This document shows positions 1-12,495 of a DNA stretch of 64,000 bases, piece by piece. The translations under genes and the position numbers were made by a program. The notes beneath the pieces are model-generated. The model saw only the letters and a list, made by a program, of their open reading frames with translations, made no database searches and was not told where the DNA came from. The DNA lies in NCBI RefSeq assembly GCF_036321535.1, contig NC_087436.1:5828001-5892000 (forward strand). Reading direction: 5' to 3'. The stretch's first letter is position 1. Each line of letters opens with the position of its first letter. This DNA comes from Camelus dromedarius (lineage: Eukaryota).

Positions 1-971
1 TTTTAAAGTCGTAAAGCTATCTGTATAAGATACCTCCCCTAAAACCACTAAGCTATAAGAAAACGTTCAGTAAAAACCAAGTATAGACTCTAGGACAGAT
101 TATGTAAGAAGAATTAGAATTAGGAGCCAAAATTTTGGAGTATTTCATCTTCAGTTCATAATTGTTTAGATTATAATCAGTAGATAAATATTTTAATGTA
201 ATATTGCAAGAGTTGTTTTTGGTATCTGTTTTTAGTATCTTCCTACATAAGTAAATATTTCGCTTTTTTTTTGGATAAAATGTCAGACTGACAGCTGTCT
301 ACCGTATTTGACTATCATCGCTCTTTTTAAAAATTGGGTGTGAGAAAAAAAAAAAACAATACCCTTGAACATACTCAGGCATAATTAAAGTCATTATGTT
401 GTTTCAGGTCTTTTACTTTATTACATTGCTCTACTGCCTGTAGCATCTGTTACAATGTATTGATTTATTAGGCTCTAGTTAGAAAACAATTGCTTCTTTC
501 CACATTATAAATTTAGCCGAACGTTATATTTAAATTAAGAGCAAGAGGGTTTCTTGGTCCTAAAATTTAAATGCCGGAGAGAACATAGTTTTAAAAATAT
601 GTTTTATGTTAGTCTAGTTTGATAGTTTTTTTTTTTAATTAACAAAAAACAAAAAAAGTTTTTTTTTTTAATTAATAAGAAAAGGTGGTTGGAGAGAAAC
701 AAAGCATTTAAAAGATTTTTCAGAAATCAAAGGGTCTTTGGGTTTTTAAAAATAAGAAGATTTTGGTAATTCTCTTACTGTTCTTTAAGACTGAAGATTT
801 TTATCTTATATTTTTAATTGAAACTTGCCACTGAAATGGTGACAGCGGGAACACAGAGGACAGGTAGAAAGGGAAGGTAAAACTAAGGCGTTTTTCTGAC
901 CAGATTATCAATAGCTGTGTTAGGCTGTAAGTCACATGATAACATATTTTGTTCCTGTTGATGCCCCCAAT

Positions 972-999
972 ACACACACACACACACACACGTGTGTGT
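972..999. repeat. (CA)n microsatellite running into (GT)4
   Basis: acacac...cacgtgtgtgt read directly. Confidence 0.9.
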
Positions 1000-2039
1000 A
1001 CATAGATAAATATAGGAAAAAATGTTTTTCCTACAAAATTTCATATTAAGTATGCAGATAATGATTTTATGTCATATCAACTAACTAATGTATGGACAAA
1101 TAAAGCAAGATACAAAAAAAAAAGAGTTTGGGGGAACTAAGCTGAAAGTCAACAGGAAAAACTGAAACTTACATAGTAGAGATGTCAGGGAACAAATACT
1201 AATTTCTGAGGTTAAGAGGTAAGCAGCAAAACTGAGGTCAAGGGTTCAGGACTAGTGGAAGATGTGGTTGGCGTCCACAGAACTTGGGTATTAGTGAGGG
1301 AGGTAAAGGCAGCATCAGTTGCTGCGCGGATCGTTAGGAAACAAGCTCACAGCGACCTGCGGTAGAACAGCATGGAGCTTACATGGGTACAGGTGACTTA
1401 CAGCATTAAGGCTACGAGAGGTCGGACGCAACTAGTGGCTTTGAGATCAGAAGGTGAGATCCACAGAAGTGGGTGAATAGAAGGGAAAAAAATGTTTGTA
1501 GTAATCCTTCTATGTGGGTGAAATTTGAGTTACACTGAGTGGGAGAGATGGTGAGTAGAGAACATAATGAAGATGAAGGGATGAGCGGAGAGGGGTGATG
1601 TCTGGTCTGTACATGCATAAGACAGGTGGCTTTGCCTCACCAAAGCACAGGGTGCACTTTAAGGACTATTGGGCTACATGGTGAAAAGGTGGTTTACAAC
1701 AAAATGATACTAGGAATCTTCCCACAAATGTTTTTTAAGTGTATCATTAATAAGTGCGTCATTTAATGGTGTGCTATGCTGCACTTTAAGGGCAAACTAA
1801 TTCAGTAATGGTATTGAATAGGTGGTTCTGTCATTTTACTCAAATTACACTAGGCAGTGAAAACTGAATGCCTACGTTTCCAACTCCAAATTGACATTTT
1901 TAGCAAAGCTCAGAAGTAGTCATCACTTAGGATCATTGCTTTAATCATTTGCTATCACGTTTCCTCCCATTTTTAAATATGTTTAATATACTTTTATCTT
2001 AAAGATTTGGAGACATTGAAGAGATTGTGGACATTTGTC

Positions 2040-2170
2040 AATTTCAGATCATTCATTTTATATAGAAAGAAAGTAGATTTAGAAGAGAAGACATAAGTAA
2101 ACTGCCTCAGATAGTGATCTGATTAATAAAAGAGGCATCAAAGGAACAGGTCTCTCGAGTTCCAGACGTG
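2040..2170 (-). mobile_element. MIR SINE fragment (degraded)
   Basis: cattttatatagaaagaaagtagat...aagtaaactgcctcagat resembles the MIR core; boundaries approximate. Confidence 0.45.
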
Positions 2171-3946
2171 CCCTTCCCTCTTTGTGGATTTTAGGAGGAA
2201 ATAAGAGGGTGATGGGTGGAGAAACCTGCAATTCTTGGCTTTGGGCAAGTTTTGGGCAAGTAAATGCTGGACAACAGGAATGTGTAGCTGGTTAACTAAA
2301 GATTGTTCCCTACCTTATATTTTCCCTCACAGCAAATTCCCAACTGACTTATTCCAAAGAATGCATCTTCGGTACATCAGCTCTTCTTCTTCCTAATCAC
2401 ACATTGCTTCTCAGATGAGCTGGCTGTTTGTCCTAAATGCAGACTCTTCAGTACTAACCGGTGCCTAGCTGAGCAGTTACACCAGACACGTTTCAGCAAA
2501 AGGGTGTTATGCCTTTAAGTTCATTCTTTGGCTTAAGTTGAATTTTTCCTTTCAGCAAATCAATGGGATACCTTTTGTAGCAAAACCTGTTTCCTACTCC
2601 CTGCCATAAAAAAAATTTAAAGATAAAATATTATTTAAAAGAACAGTTGGTAATTGACATAAAACAGCAACACTAACCCACTACAGATGCTCTGGTTTTG
2701 TTGTAAGTGTTCAGTATTTTTGCATATCGTATGATATGTTATTCAGGTGGTATAATTACCCCTTTGAAAGGCATGGAGAGAGTCCTTGCAGAGTATTTAA
2801 AAAGGTTGCTTCTATAAAAATTATTTCTTTGTCAGGAAGTCACACCTTTCTTAAGCAGTAACTTGGAGTATGTGGTAGGTGGTGACCCCTCTCCCCAAAA
2901 TGCTTCATTTCTTTGGCAGAAGAAATTATGGTCACAGTCTGTCTCTTTGAAATGATTACACTACCTTTTTAATAAACTTATCCTAGTGAAGAAAATTGAA
3001 GTATTTTCTAGCTATATTTTGATTGGCTCACCAAAAGGCACTAATCTATTAAAGTAAAAGCTGCATTTGTGTGAGTGGCTTGATAAATTTCCTGTGGGAG
3101 GTACTATTATAAATGCCTGCTGCATTATAAACCAATCTAGAGACTTACGCCACAGCATCACCTACAGGAGCTTGATTTCTGCCTATTTTGGCACAAGACA
3201 AAGGGAAAAAAAAAGAAAAAAGAAACATTCAGAAAGGACTTGAAAACCAAAAGACCTTAATTTTCCATTTGTGTGTTAAAATAGTAATAAATCAAAGTCA
3301 AAAATTTGGTGTAGAATGAACCTTTATTCTACACAATACTTATCCAGATAATAGAGTGACCTTCCTTCTTACACTTACTACTATTGAAAGATAGGTGTTC
3401 TTTCTAATGATAGTGATTTTTTTCAACCTGCATGATTTCTTGCCCGTGTACCGAGAAACCAGAAACAAGATGTGTGGCCAAGGTTAATAGCTAGTGTATG
3501 GTCTCTGGGAAGGATATTTCATGTAGGTCTTACAAGAGCAAACATTTCCTATAACCTCATCTTCTTGAAACACTAACACAGACCAGATATCAGAAAGTGC
3601 AGTTCATTTCAATCTGCCTGCCACGTGCATGATGTGGGTAGTGGTGGAAAAATACAAGCACGAAAGAAAGATAAAACAAAGCAACAGGAGGAAGAGAAAA
3701 GAATGGGTGAGCCTCAGGACGTGAAGTACTTAAATTGGGAGGGAATATAGTCAGAACACAAGTTTATATATTGGGAGTAAAACTGGAAGTAAAAGTCAAT
3801 TGTGCTTACTATTCATGTCTTAATAGAGTCTTCCCTGAACTTCAAAATTTCTGTACAATTTGCTTCAAAGCCCCAAATCTAAATGACTAGAGAAACCCAA
3901 ATTCCTCCAAATTGTCTACTTATTTCAGGGGCTTAAGATACGGTGC

Positions 3947-4443
3947 TGTGAATGAAAAATACTGCAAACCATATCGGTAAACAAAGAATGCTGAAACCAT
4001 CAAGGAATCAGCGGCTGCCGCCACCCCCCAGGGAGGACAGGCCTGCAGCCCAGCCTCTGCAGCCACTCACAGTGGTGCACCCTGAGGGGACTCAGAATAA
4101 GAGAGGACAGGATACTGGCCCTGGATAGCTGGGTTCTTGTCTAAGGAATGAATTCAATGAGCCTAAATGTCTGCTTCCTCCCATACATAGAAGAGTGCTA
4201 AATTCTTCAACTTGAGATGCCTGGTTTTCTTTAGTTAACAAGTAATCTTTTAATGTTCCAAGTACCTGGTCTCTGTTGTAAAGCTCCTATATATCCTGGC
4301 TCCTCCCCTACCTCTTCAGAGCAGTCCCTCAGAGCCATCTGAGAGGCTGTCATCCCGGCTCTAAGGGGTTTGAGTCCTCAGAAATGTCTGCCGAATAAAA
4401 CATAACTCTTGACTTTTAGGTTGTGTGTTTATTTTAGTTGACA
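3947..4443 (+). mobile_element. ERV1 solo LTR (family A, copy 1)
   Basis: TG...CA termini, TATA-like tatata near 4288, AATAAA 4394-4399, 4-bp TSD gtgc/gtgt; homologous to the reverse complement of 19780-20210. Confidence 0.85.
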
Positions 4444-4489
4444 GTGTCCACTAATGTTGTTGTTTCATTTTCATTCTCTAGTCTCCTGG

Positions 4490-4560
4490 AAGGAAGGGAG
4501 GGAGGAAGGATGGAAGGATGGAAGGAAGGAAGGAAGGAAAGAAGGAAGGAAGGAAGGGAG
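4490..4560. repeat. (GGAA)n-type microsatellite
   Basis: ggaaggaaggaagg... read directly. Confidence 0.9.
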
Positions 4561-4599
4561 AGATTGAAGGTTAGGACACTAGGAGGCAGGGGTCTAAGG

Positions 4600-6350
4600 A
4601 CACTAGAGACTGATTAGAGAGATGCAGTTATCTACAGATCATCCAGAAAAGCACTTCGATATTGTGATAGGCGGTCAGCAATCTCAATGAAATATCAGAG
4701 TGAGTTTTGTGTTTATTGAGGGAAGAGCATAGTCAAAGGAAGAATCAGTGAGAGGCTGAGTCCCTTGCTCTGTTCCTGTTAGAGGGTTACATATGACATG
4801 TGACGCAGAAGAATCAGGGCTATTGTAAACACTTTTGGTCTAAGCAAACGGCGGAACGAAGTTTCTCTTTGTTGAGATGGGGAAGACCAAGAAAAAAGCT
4901 ACATTGTGAGTCAGTCGGGATCCAAACCAAGAAGTTGGTCTGTGCATCTTACATTTGAAAATTGGAATACTGCTTAGATAGCCAATGGTATTGCAGAAGT
5001 TTACATCTTAAGGTTTGGTTTGAATTTTAGGCTGTTGACTTAATTTTAGTCGTCAGAAATAGATGGGATATAAAATCATGAGACACAGGAGGTTGTGTTT
5101 AGCGTGAGTTTACTACAGTAGAGATCCAAGACTGAGCCCTGGTTTCTGATGAGTAGCATTGAGCAGAGTGAGACTGATGTGGGAGAGAGTTGAGAGAGTG
5201 ACTCCTAGAGTGTCCTTTGTGAGGAAAATGTTTAAAAAATAAACTAAAAATAGACTCGCCATATGATCCAGCAATCCAACTCCTGGGCATATATCCAGAG
5301 GAAACTCTAATTTGAAAAGATACATGCGTCCCAATGTTCATAGCAGCACTATTTACAATAGCCAGGACACGGAAGCAACCTAAATGTCCAGCGACAGATG
5401 ACTGGATAAAGAAGCTGTGGTATATTTATACCATGGAATACTACTCAGCCATAGAAAAGAATAAAATCATGCCTTTGCAGCAACATGGATGGACCTAGAG
5501 ATTGTTGTTCTAAATGAAGTAACTCAGACAGAGAAAGAAAAATATCATATGATATCACTCATATGTGGAATCTAAAAAAAGGAGAAAGACAATAATGAAC
5601 TCTACAAAATGGAAACAGACTCACAGAGTAGACAAACTCATGGTTACTGAAGGGAAAGGGGGTGTGAAGGGATAAATTGGGAGTTTGGGATTAGCAGATA
5701 CTAACTACTATACACAAAATAGATAAACAACAAATTTCTTCTGTGTAGCACAGGGAACTATATTCAATATCTTATAGTAACTTATAATGAAAAAGAATAT
5801 GAAAACGAATATATGTGTGTATATGTATAATGGAAACATGTTGTACACCAGACATTGACACACTGTAAACCAAGTACACGTCAACAACAAAAAAAACCAA
5901 ATAAAGTGTAATAAACTCAAATGCTGACTGATACGCAGAGTAGGGAGGCTAAAAATCACCCCTGGATTTGGCAGAAGATAGGTGACCTGGATGAGAGACC
6001 TATCAGTGGAGAATAAGTCTTACCGCATTTTGTTAGAAACAGAAAGAGATCAAATGAGGACGGAAAACATTAACAACTCACACAGCACACTTTGCTGTAG
6101 GAGGAACAGTGAAATCAGGCAGCACCTGGAGAAGTCCTCCATGGTAACGGCAGGATATTTAAAGCGCAGGTACAGCATATTTGAATAATGATGGAAATGA
6201 TCTAATTTAGGGCAAAAAAAGGTGGGAAAGAGTGTCAAAAGCCTGGGTAAATGTGGTAAAATTGAATGCCACACTCCTGGATCCTGGAAGTCAGCAGGCA
6301 TGAATTTAAATTTAGATCAATCAGCAGGGGGTGATGTACGTTTTTTCAAC
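4600..6350 (-). mobile_element. L2 LINE remnant interrupted by an L1 3' end
   Basis: purine-rich L2-like motifs (gagatggggaagac, ggatttggcagaagataggtgacc) on both sides of the L1. Confidence 0.55.
5230..5905 (+). mobile_element. 5'-truncated L1 (end of ORF2 plus 3'UTR)
   Basis: catatgatccagcaatcc, caatgttcatagcagcactatttacaatagcc, gcaacatggatggacctagag; artiodactyl-type 3'UTR; A-rich tail. Confidence 0.92.
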
Positions 6351-6889
6351 CATGTTGAACAGACAACGTAGATGAATTGAACTTGTACTGAATCACGGAA
6401 TCTGAGGTTTGTTTGCCTGCTGCCCTCTTACAGACATGGAGAAATGGATTCAGTGATAAAATGTCTCAAAAATCTAGATTCTCACTGTTTGCTGGAATTT
6501 CCCGAAGATTGTAAAATAGCAAGAATTCTCAAGGGCAAACCGTGGAAGGACACTGTGATGAGAAAGAATAAATGTTCCGCCGACAGACAGATATATTCCC
6601 AGTGATGTCTGCCCTCTGTTCTCGGCTGTCCTTGGAAGTGGTTCTGTCTTGGGAGGCGGATGATATTGACAGCAGAATGAGAACATCTGGCTGATTAATT
6701 TATTAATAAAATCTGCTTTCTCTGAGCAAGACTTAAACTCAGACTTGTGTGATATCTGTCATAAAATTTTATATATAAAATTGTGTACATATTCCAAAGT
6801 GTACTAAGATTTTGCTGGCAAACATTTTAACCCTTATGGCTACGGAGAGGATTCTTTTCAAACATTTCAGATTTTGCTGACATATCTAG

Positions 6890-7200
6890 TTTTTTTTTAA
6901 TAGACTTTATTCTTTTAGAAGAGTTTCAGGTTCACAGCAGAATTGTGCAGAAAATACAGAGTTCACACATAGCCCTCCCCACCCACACATATATACTCCC
7001 CTACCCTCAGCATCTCTCATCAGTGAGGCATATTTGGTACAATCGATGAAGCAACATGGGCATATTATTATCAACCAATGTCCATAGTTTACATTAGGGT
7101 TCATTCTTGATGTTGTGCATTCTATGGGCTTTGACAAATGCATAATGACATGTAGCCACCACTATAGTGTCACACAGAATAATTTCATTGCCCTAAACAT
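6890..7200 (-). mobile_element. old L1 3' end (L1MC-like)
   Basis: ttttaatagactttatt...caggttcacagcag...ccatagtttacattagggttca resembles L1MC 3' ends. Confidence 0.8.
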
Positions 7201-8069
7201 CTCTTGTTGTTTATAAACCCAACACTCTTGTTTGGGTATTACAAGACTAGGATTCCGTAAATTTTTTGGAAATGATTTACCTAGCATACCTGCTGTCTCC
7301 CAGCTCAGATATTCCTTCTGGGGTTATTTACTATGAAACTCCTTTTCTCCCCCCACTGTGAAATTTCAAGTTTGTATGTGATGTGTACTGCAGGTCGTTT
7401 CCCACTTTAAAAGAGAGGGAATATCCATGACTAACTATGAGTAACATGGGCAATGCAGAAGCAAGTAATTCTCTGTGTTCATGGCAGACAGAGCCACCGA
7501 ACTCACATGCATAAAGAATGCCACGGGGCCAGATGCTTCAGTGCTTTGTCTCAGTTTAATTCCCCCCAAATACCAACTTTCTGTCACCTCGTCCTCTTCA
7601 TCACCGCCGACCCTCTCCAGAACTTGGCCATCTGGGGCCCCCACCTCACAGAGAACACAACAGCCTGTTACCTCTAGAGGATGATCTCAGAGGGGGGGTT
7701 TCCTTTTGTGTTTCACTCATCATTTGCATTTTCCTTATATCTATATCTTGAAAGTATTACTGAACTTTAGCTCTCATAATCTATGGAATTATTTAAATAC
7801 AAAGTTTGGGATAATTTAAAATATTAGTAAAAATGCGAAGTTTTCTAAAAATTATGAAGATTTGAAGGACACAATGTCTGTCTGTAAACAACTTCTAACC
7901 TTTTTGAATGGTGGCTAAATGCAGGTGGCCAGTTCAACAGGACGTTAGTTTACAAAAGGCGGGATATAATGTTAACCCTTCTTTAAATTTTTGCTTCTCT
8001 TCTCTGTCACCTCATCTCTCAAGTCTTGATTTTTGGTGGGCCCATCTCTATGAATCTTGAAGAAGGCTT

Positions 8070-10600
8070 TTATTTTAAATTTTGAATAGGTGATAAACGT
8101 TCACAAATTTTAGGCATCAGAAACTATCAAAAAGTACACTGTGGAAAGTTTTCTTCTCCTTTGGACTAAATGTTTTGTGTCTCCCCAAATTCACATGTTA
8201 AGGTCCTCATCCCCAGGTGGTGGTGTTTGGAAGTGGGGCCTGTGGGAGGTGATTGGGTTTGGGGGCGGTCAGCGGGGTAGAGCCCCCACGATGTGATCGG
8301 TGCCCTTATCTGTGGAAGGAGACCAGAGCTCACTCTTTCAATCGTGTGAAGGTACGTAAAAGCAAAAGACGGCTACGTGCGCACCAGGAAGGGTGCCCTC
8401 ACCAGACATGGGATCTCGAGAGCTTTGATCTTGGACTTCCCGTCTCCAGAACTGTGAGATGTAAATGCTGGTTGCTGAAGCTCCCCCAGTCTGTGGAATT
8501 TGGTTATTACAGCCCAGACTGACTAAGACGTCTTCCCACCTTTGATGCCAGTTTACTTGTTTGCATCTCCACCCAACAAAACAACCCAACCATTACTACT
8601 ATTTGTTTTACTTACTTTTTTCTTTCTGATTTTTTTCTGTGTCTACATGTGTTCAAGCCAGTCCAGACTATATATTCTGTTCTTCTCTCTTTTGCACAAA
8701 TGGTAGCATACTACATTCATTTTTCTGGTTTTTTGTATTTTTTTTCACTTAAAAATTGAGCCATCTTTTCCTATCAAGAGAGGGAGCACTTCCTACTCCT
8801 GTGTTCATGGCTGATTAGTAAACATTGCCGGGAAATCTCATTTGTTACTTAACTAACATTACCCTTTTGCTAATAGAGATAACACTGCAATAAAGAAAAC
8901 TTGTACGTAAGTTCTTTCGCATTTATGCACCAGCATGAAACAAGGAACTCCAGGAGAACTGCTGTCACCAAGATGTATGCATATTGAATCTTTTTGGAAA
9001 CTGAAGTCACTCCATACAGTTGCTGTAGCACATCACACCTCCACAAGGATGTGCGGGAATTCCAGTCCCCACTCCTCGACCACCCCACCCCCGAAGACCC
9101 CCCTGCAGCACAACTGGAGTCACATGGGTGTTGATATGAGCCAACATCCTGAAAGATCACATTCCATTGGCTCCGTGCACCATTTTCCCAATATTGTGGG
9201 CTATTGAGCTTTTAGGATTCTGTCAGAAGTAAAGGATTAAAAGGGAACAATACTGTAGTCTTAGTTTGTATTTCTCTTATGAATGAGATTTTGCACCTTT
9301 TCTTATTCCTAAGAGCACACTTCCTTCCTTTTCTATGACTCACCTCTTCTTTTCTGTTGACTTCCTTACCTCCTGTCGTTTCCCTTTATATGTTTGGGAG
9401 TACTTAAATGTGACATTAGTCATGATGTTTCCCCAGCTGGTCTTGTCTTTTGATTGTGGCTGTGTTTTTACCCTCCATCATATAGTAACTTTTGATGTTC
9501 ATGTCATTGAATTTATCAAGCTTTATCATGACTTCTGAATATTCATGTCAAGTGTACAAAGGCCTTTCACTCTGAGTGTATGAAGGATGTCTCCCATGCT
9601 GTCTTTTTACTCTGTGTGTTCTTATGTAAACCATCACCTCATCTGGAATTTGTCTTTGTGAAAGTATGAGCCCAGCTTTCCCTGCCCTCCCACCCAGAGC
9701 CCAGCGCACTCATTTCAAAACATACTTGTTGACTAGTGTATCTGCTCACATCAGATCCACTTGAAGTCTTGTGTTTGAGTCAATGTCTGATTTTTTTGTT
9801 CTAGTGCATTCATCTGTCTCTACACAGTTTTCATACTGAAGTTTCTCTACTAAGTTAAATATGTTAGAAAAAAGGCCCCTTTATTGCTTTTCTTTTCCAG
9901 AGTTTTAATTTTAAAAAATTATGTGTGAATTTGGTATCAATTTATGTAGTAAATAAATGATATATAAATTGAGACATCCTACCGTTGATAATCTATTAAT
10001 TATTGGGAAGAATATTGATTTTTTTCTATTATTTCTATTTGTTTAATTTCTTATGTTCATTCAGGATAGCTTTAAAGATTTTAATATGGCTTCATATATT
10101 TCTTATTATATATTCTTAGAAATTTTATTTCTGTTGAGTCTTTTTTTCATTGTGTTTTCTATGTTTTATGTAAGTTTCATCGTATTTTCTGTTTTATGTT
10201 TGATTACCATTGATTTCCACTAAGTTAAAGTTACACTCTATTGCATCTGGAATAACTGCATATTTTAAGGATTTTTAGCTGATTCTCTTGTCTTTTTTCA
10301 ATATGTAATCACATAATCTGAAAATAGTTTTATCCTCTCACTTTTAATTTTTAACTTTTTATTTTTCTTGTCTAATTGGGTAGGCTAATTTTAGTATCTT
10401 AAATAATTAGTAACAATAATATCTTAGTACAATGTTAAATTATAGAGTTGTAGGTGTTATTTCTTGTTTTAGATTTTAGAAAAACATTTCAAATATTTCA
10501 CTATTGAGTACAATCTTAGTCTTAGTAAAAAAAGCTTTTATCACTTTGAAAGAGTTTTCATCATTCTTAAAATGGAGTATTTTAAAATTAAGAATGAATG
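8070..10600 (-). mobile_element. old degraded L1M with a MaLR LTR inserted
   Basis: T-rich antisense L1 motifs (gtttgtatttctcttatg, gctgattctcttg, tagtacaatgttaaat); boundaries approximate. Confidence 0.6.
8160..8530 (+). mobile_element. MaLR LTR (MLT1A-like)
   Basis: tggactaaatg...ccccaaattcacatgtt...gatcttggacttcc...ccagaactgtgaga...gactaagac. Confidence 0.85.
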
Positions 10601-11619
10601 TCAAATTTTTAAGTTCTCAGAATCTACAAAGATATATTTTCTGCAAATTTTTAATAACAATTTTTAGTCTTTCATGTACTTTCAATCTCACTTGTCTACC
10701 TGGCAATAGGGAGAAACTATTCTAAAAAATCTCCTTAATTTATAGATATTCTTACTTTAAAACCTCTTGCCTTTTTCTTCGTCTGATCAAAATAAAGTAA
10801 AACATGGTTAGCAAGACATATCATAATGGATATGAAACACATGTATTCCTGAATATGTGTGTTCTTTTATTTGTTTGCTTACTTTGCTTTGAGCTCTGGT
10901 AATACCTAGTCTAAAATTCTAAACAAATAGAAATGAAGAATTACACTAGAGAAGCAGAAGAAATTCCCTAATGGGAAGGGAGAAAACCACTTTCACATCA
11001 CACTCTGGTCCCCAGGTGAGCAAAGTGAGGGGGTCACGAGGTGGTAAAGCCAATTAAAAAACACAGGTACAATTGGGAGGAAAGGTTCAGTTTCACATGA
11101 ACATGACCTGTGCGCCTTAGCTTTTTGGTTCAGACCTATCACATTGACAAGATCTGAACATCTGTTAGAGCCATAATATAGCAAATATTCACCATTATCA
11201 ACACCACCAACATGGTCTGTGGGGTATATAAATGACTTAGTCTCTCCCAGCAAAAACTATAACTGAGAAAAGTCTTAAAGGAAACATGGAAGATGAGTGG
11301 TAGGCAAAAAAAAACATTGGAGAGTAGAAATGTAAATGGTGCTTCATGTCCTCTGAGATTATTCCTGGACACTATTTTGCTTTTCTACCTTCTGTCTCCA
11401 CCCCCACACCTCCTCACCTCCATCTCCAAGAACTTAGTTGCTTCACAAGCTCTCGCCAAATAATCACTGACTCAAATTGAATTGAATAAGAATTACCTGT
11501 AGCTACTTAGGTCATTGCTAGAGATTCCTTTCTGTTTGCATCTTTGTTAAGTTTGTCAGGAAACTTATGTCACCCTCTACTATAAATCCCCTGAGAATGA
11601 TTTAATTAAAAACCACATA

Positions 11620-12495
11620 TAAAGGTATAAGCAGGGCAGAAGGAAACCACAAAGGATGTTGCGTCTATGGTGCTGGTGACAGCAGAGCGAATGCAGCCCC
11701 GGGTGCAAAGGACAAGAGCAAAGGGGGGTCACCATGTTGCCAGAGAGTATGTTCTTGCCTCACGAAGGAAAGAATTTAAGAGCGAGGCATAGTAAATTAA
11801 AAGCAAGTTTATTTAGAGAGATACACACTCCCTAGCCAGGGTGCCATCCATTTCACTCAGAAGGGAGTGGCTTAGGAAATACACATTCCATGGGCAGAAT
11901 TTGGGCCACCTTAGAAGGCAAAAGACAGAGTGACCATGAGGTGTGGAGTTGTTAGTTTTTACAGGCTTGGTAAAATCACCTGTTAATGAATGGGAGGATT
12001 ATTCCAGCTAATTTGGGGGCAGGGCTGGGGGTTTCCAGGAATTGGACCATGCCCACTTCGGGGCTTTAGGGTCAGCCGAGGCACTGTCATGGCACCTGTG
12101 GGTGTGCCATGAGGCTCAAGGTCTACTGGAAGTCGAACCTTCCGCCATCTTGGTTCTAACCAGTCTATCCCATCCTCAACTGCGGTGTCATTCCTTCACT
12201 GGCTGTGCGCTGTCTCAACCATACCTTGGAAAACAAAATCCCGCAGGAAAGGACAGTGAGAATAAACCACCCCAGCTGATGGACACAGTTGGCCTGTGTA
12301 GCATGGGAGTCAAGGGGATAAATGATATGTAGTAACTTCATTCTCTTCCTGGGCCATTCCACTGACTAAACTCACCTGGAAACGAGAAGTCAAGCGAACC
12401 CCTGGTCTGGTCCACAGGTCAGCCCTTAAGGCAGAAAGGAGGGGGGAGACCAGGGGAAACACACCTGGAGGCGTAAACAGAATATATCCTGCACC
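11620..12495 (-). mobile_element. old MaLR/ERVL-type LTR (MLT1-like) split by a younger LTR
   Basis: aggggataaa...ccacaggtcagcc...ctggaggcgtaaacagaatatatcc resembles old MLT1 LTRs; flanks both sides of 11735-12217. Confidence 0.5.
11735..12217 (-). mobile_element. ERV1 solo LTR, MER41-like (family B, copy 1)
   Basis: TG...CA termini, perfect 4-bp TSD acca (11731-34 / 12218-21), YY1 motif ccgccatctt 12142-12151, GAS ttccaggaa 12033-12041; homologous to 50258-50688. Confidence 0.88.

Noticed and set aside
984..999. 16-bp perfect palindrome acacacacgtgtgtgt
   Set aside because: Trivial product of adjacent (CA)n and (GT)n microsatellites.
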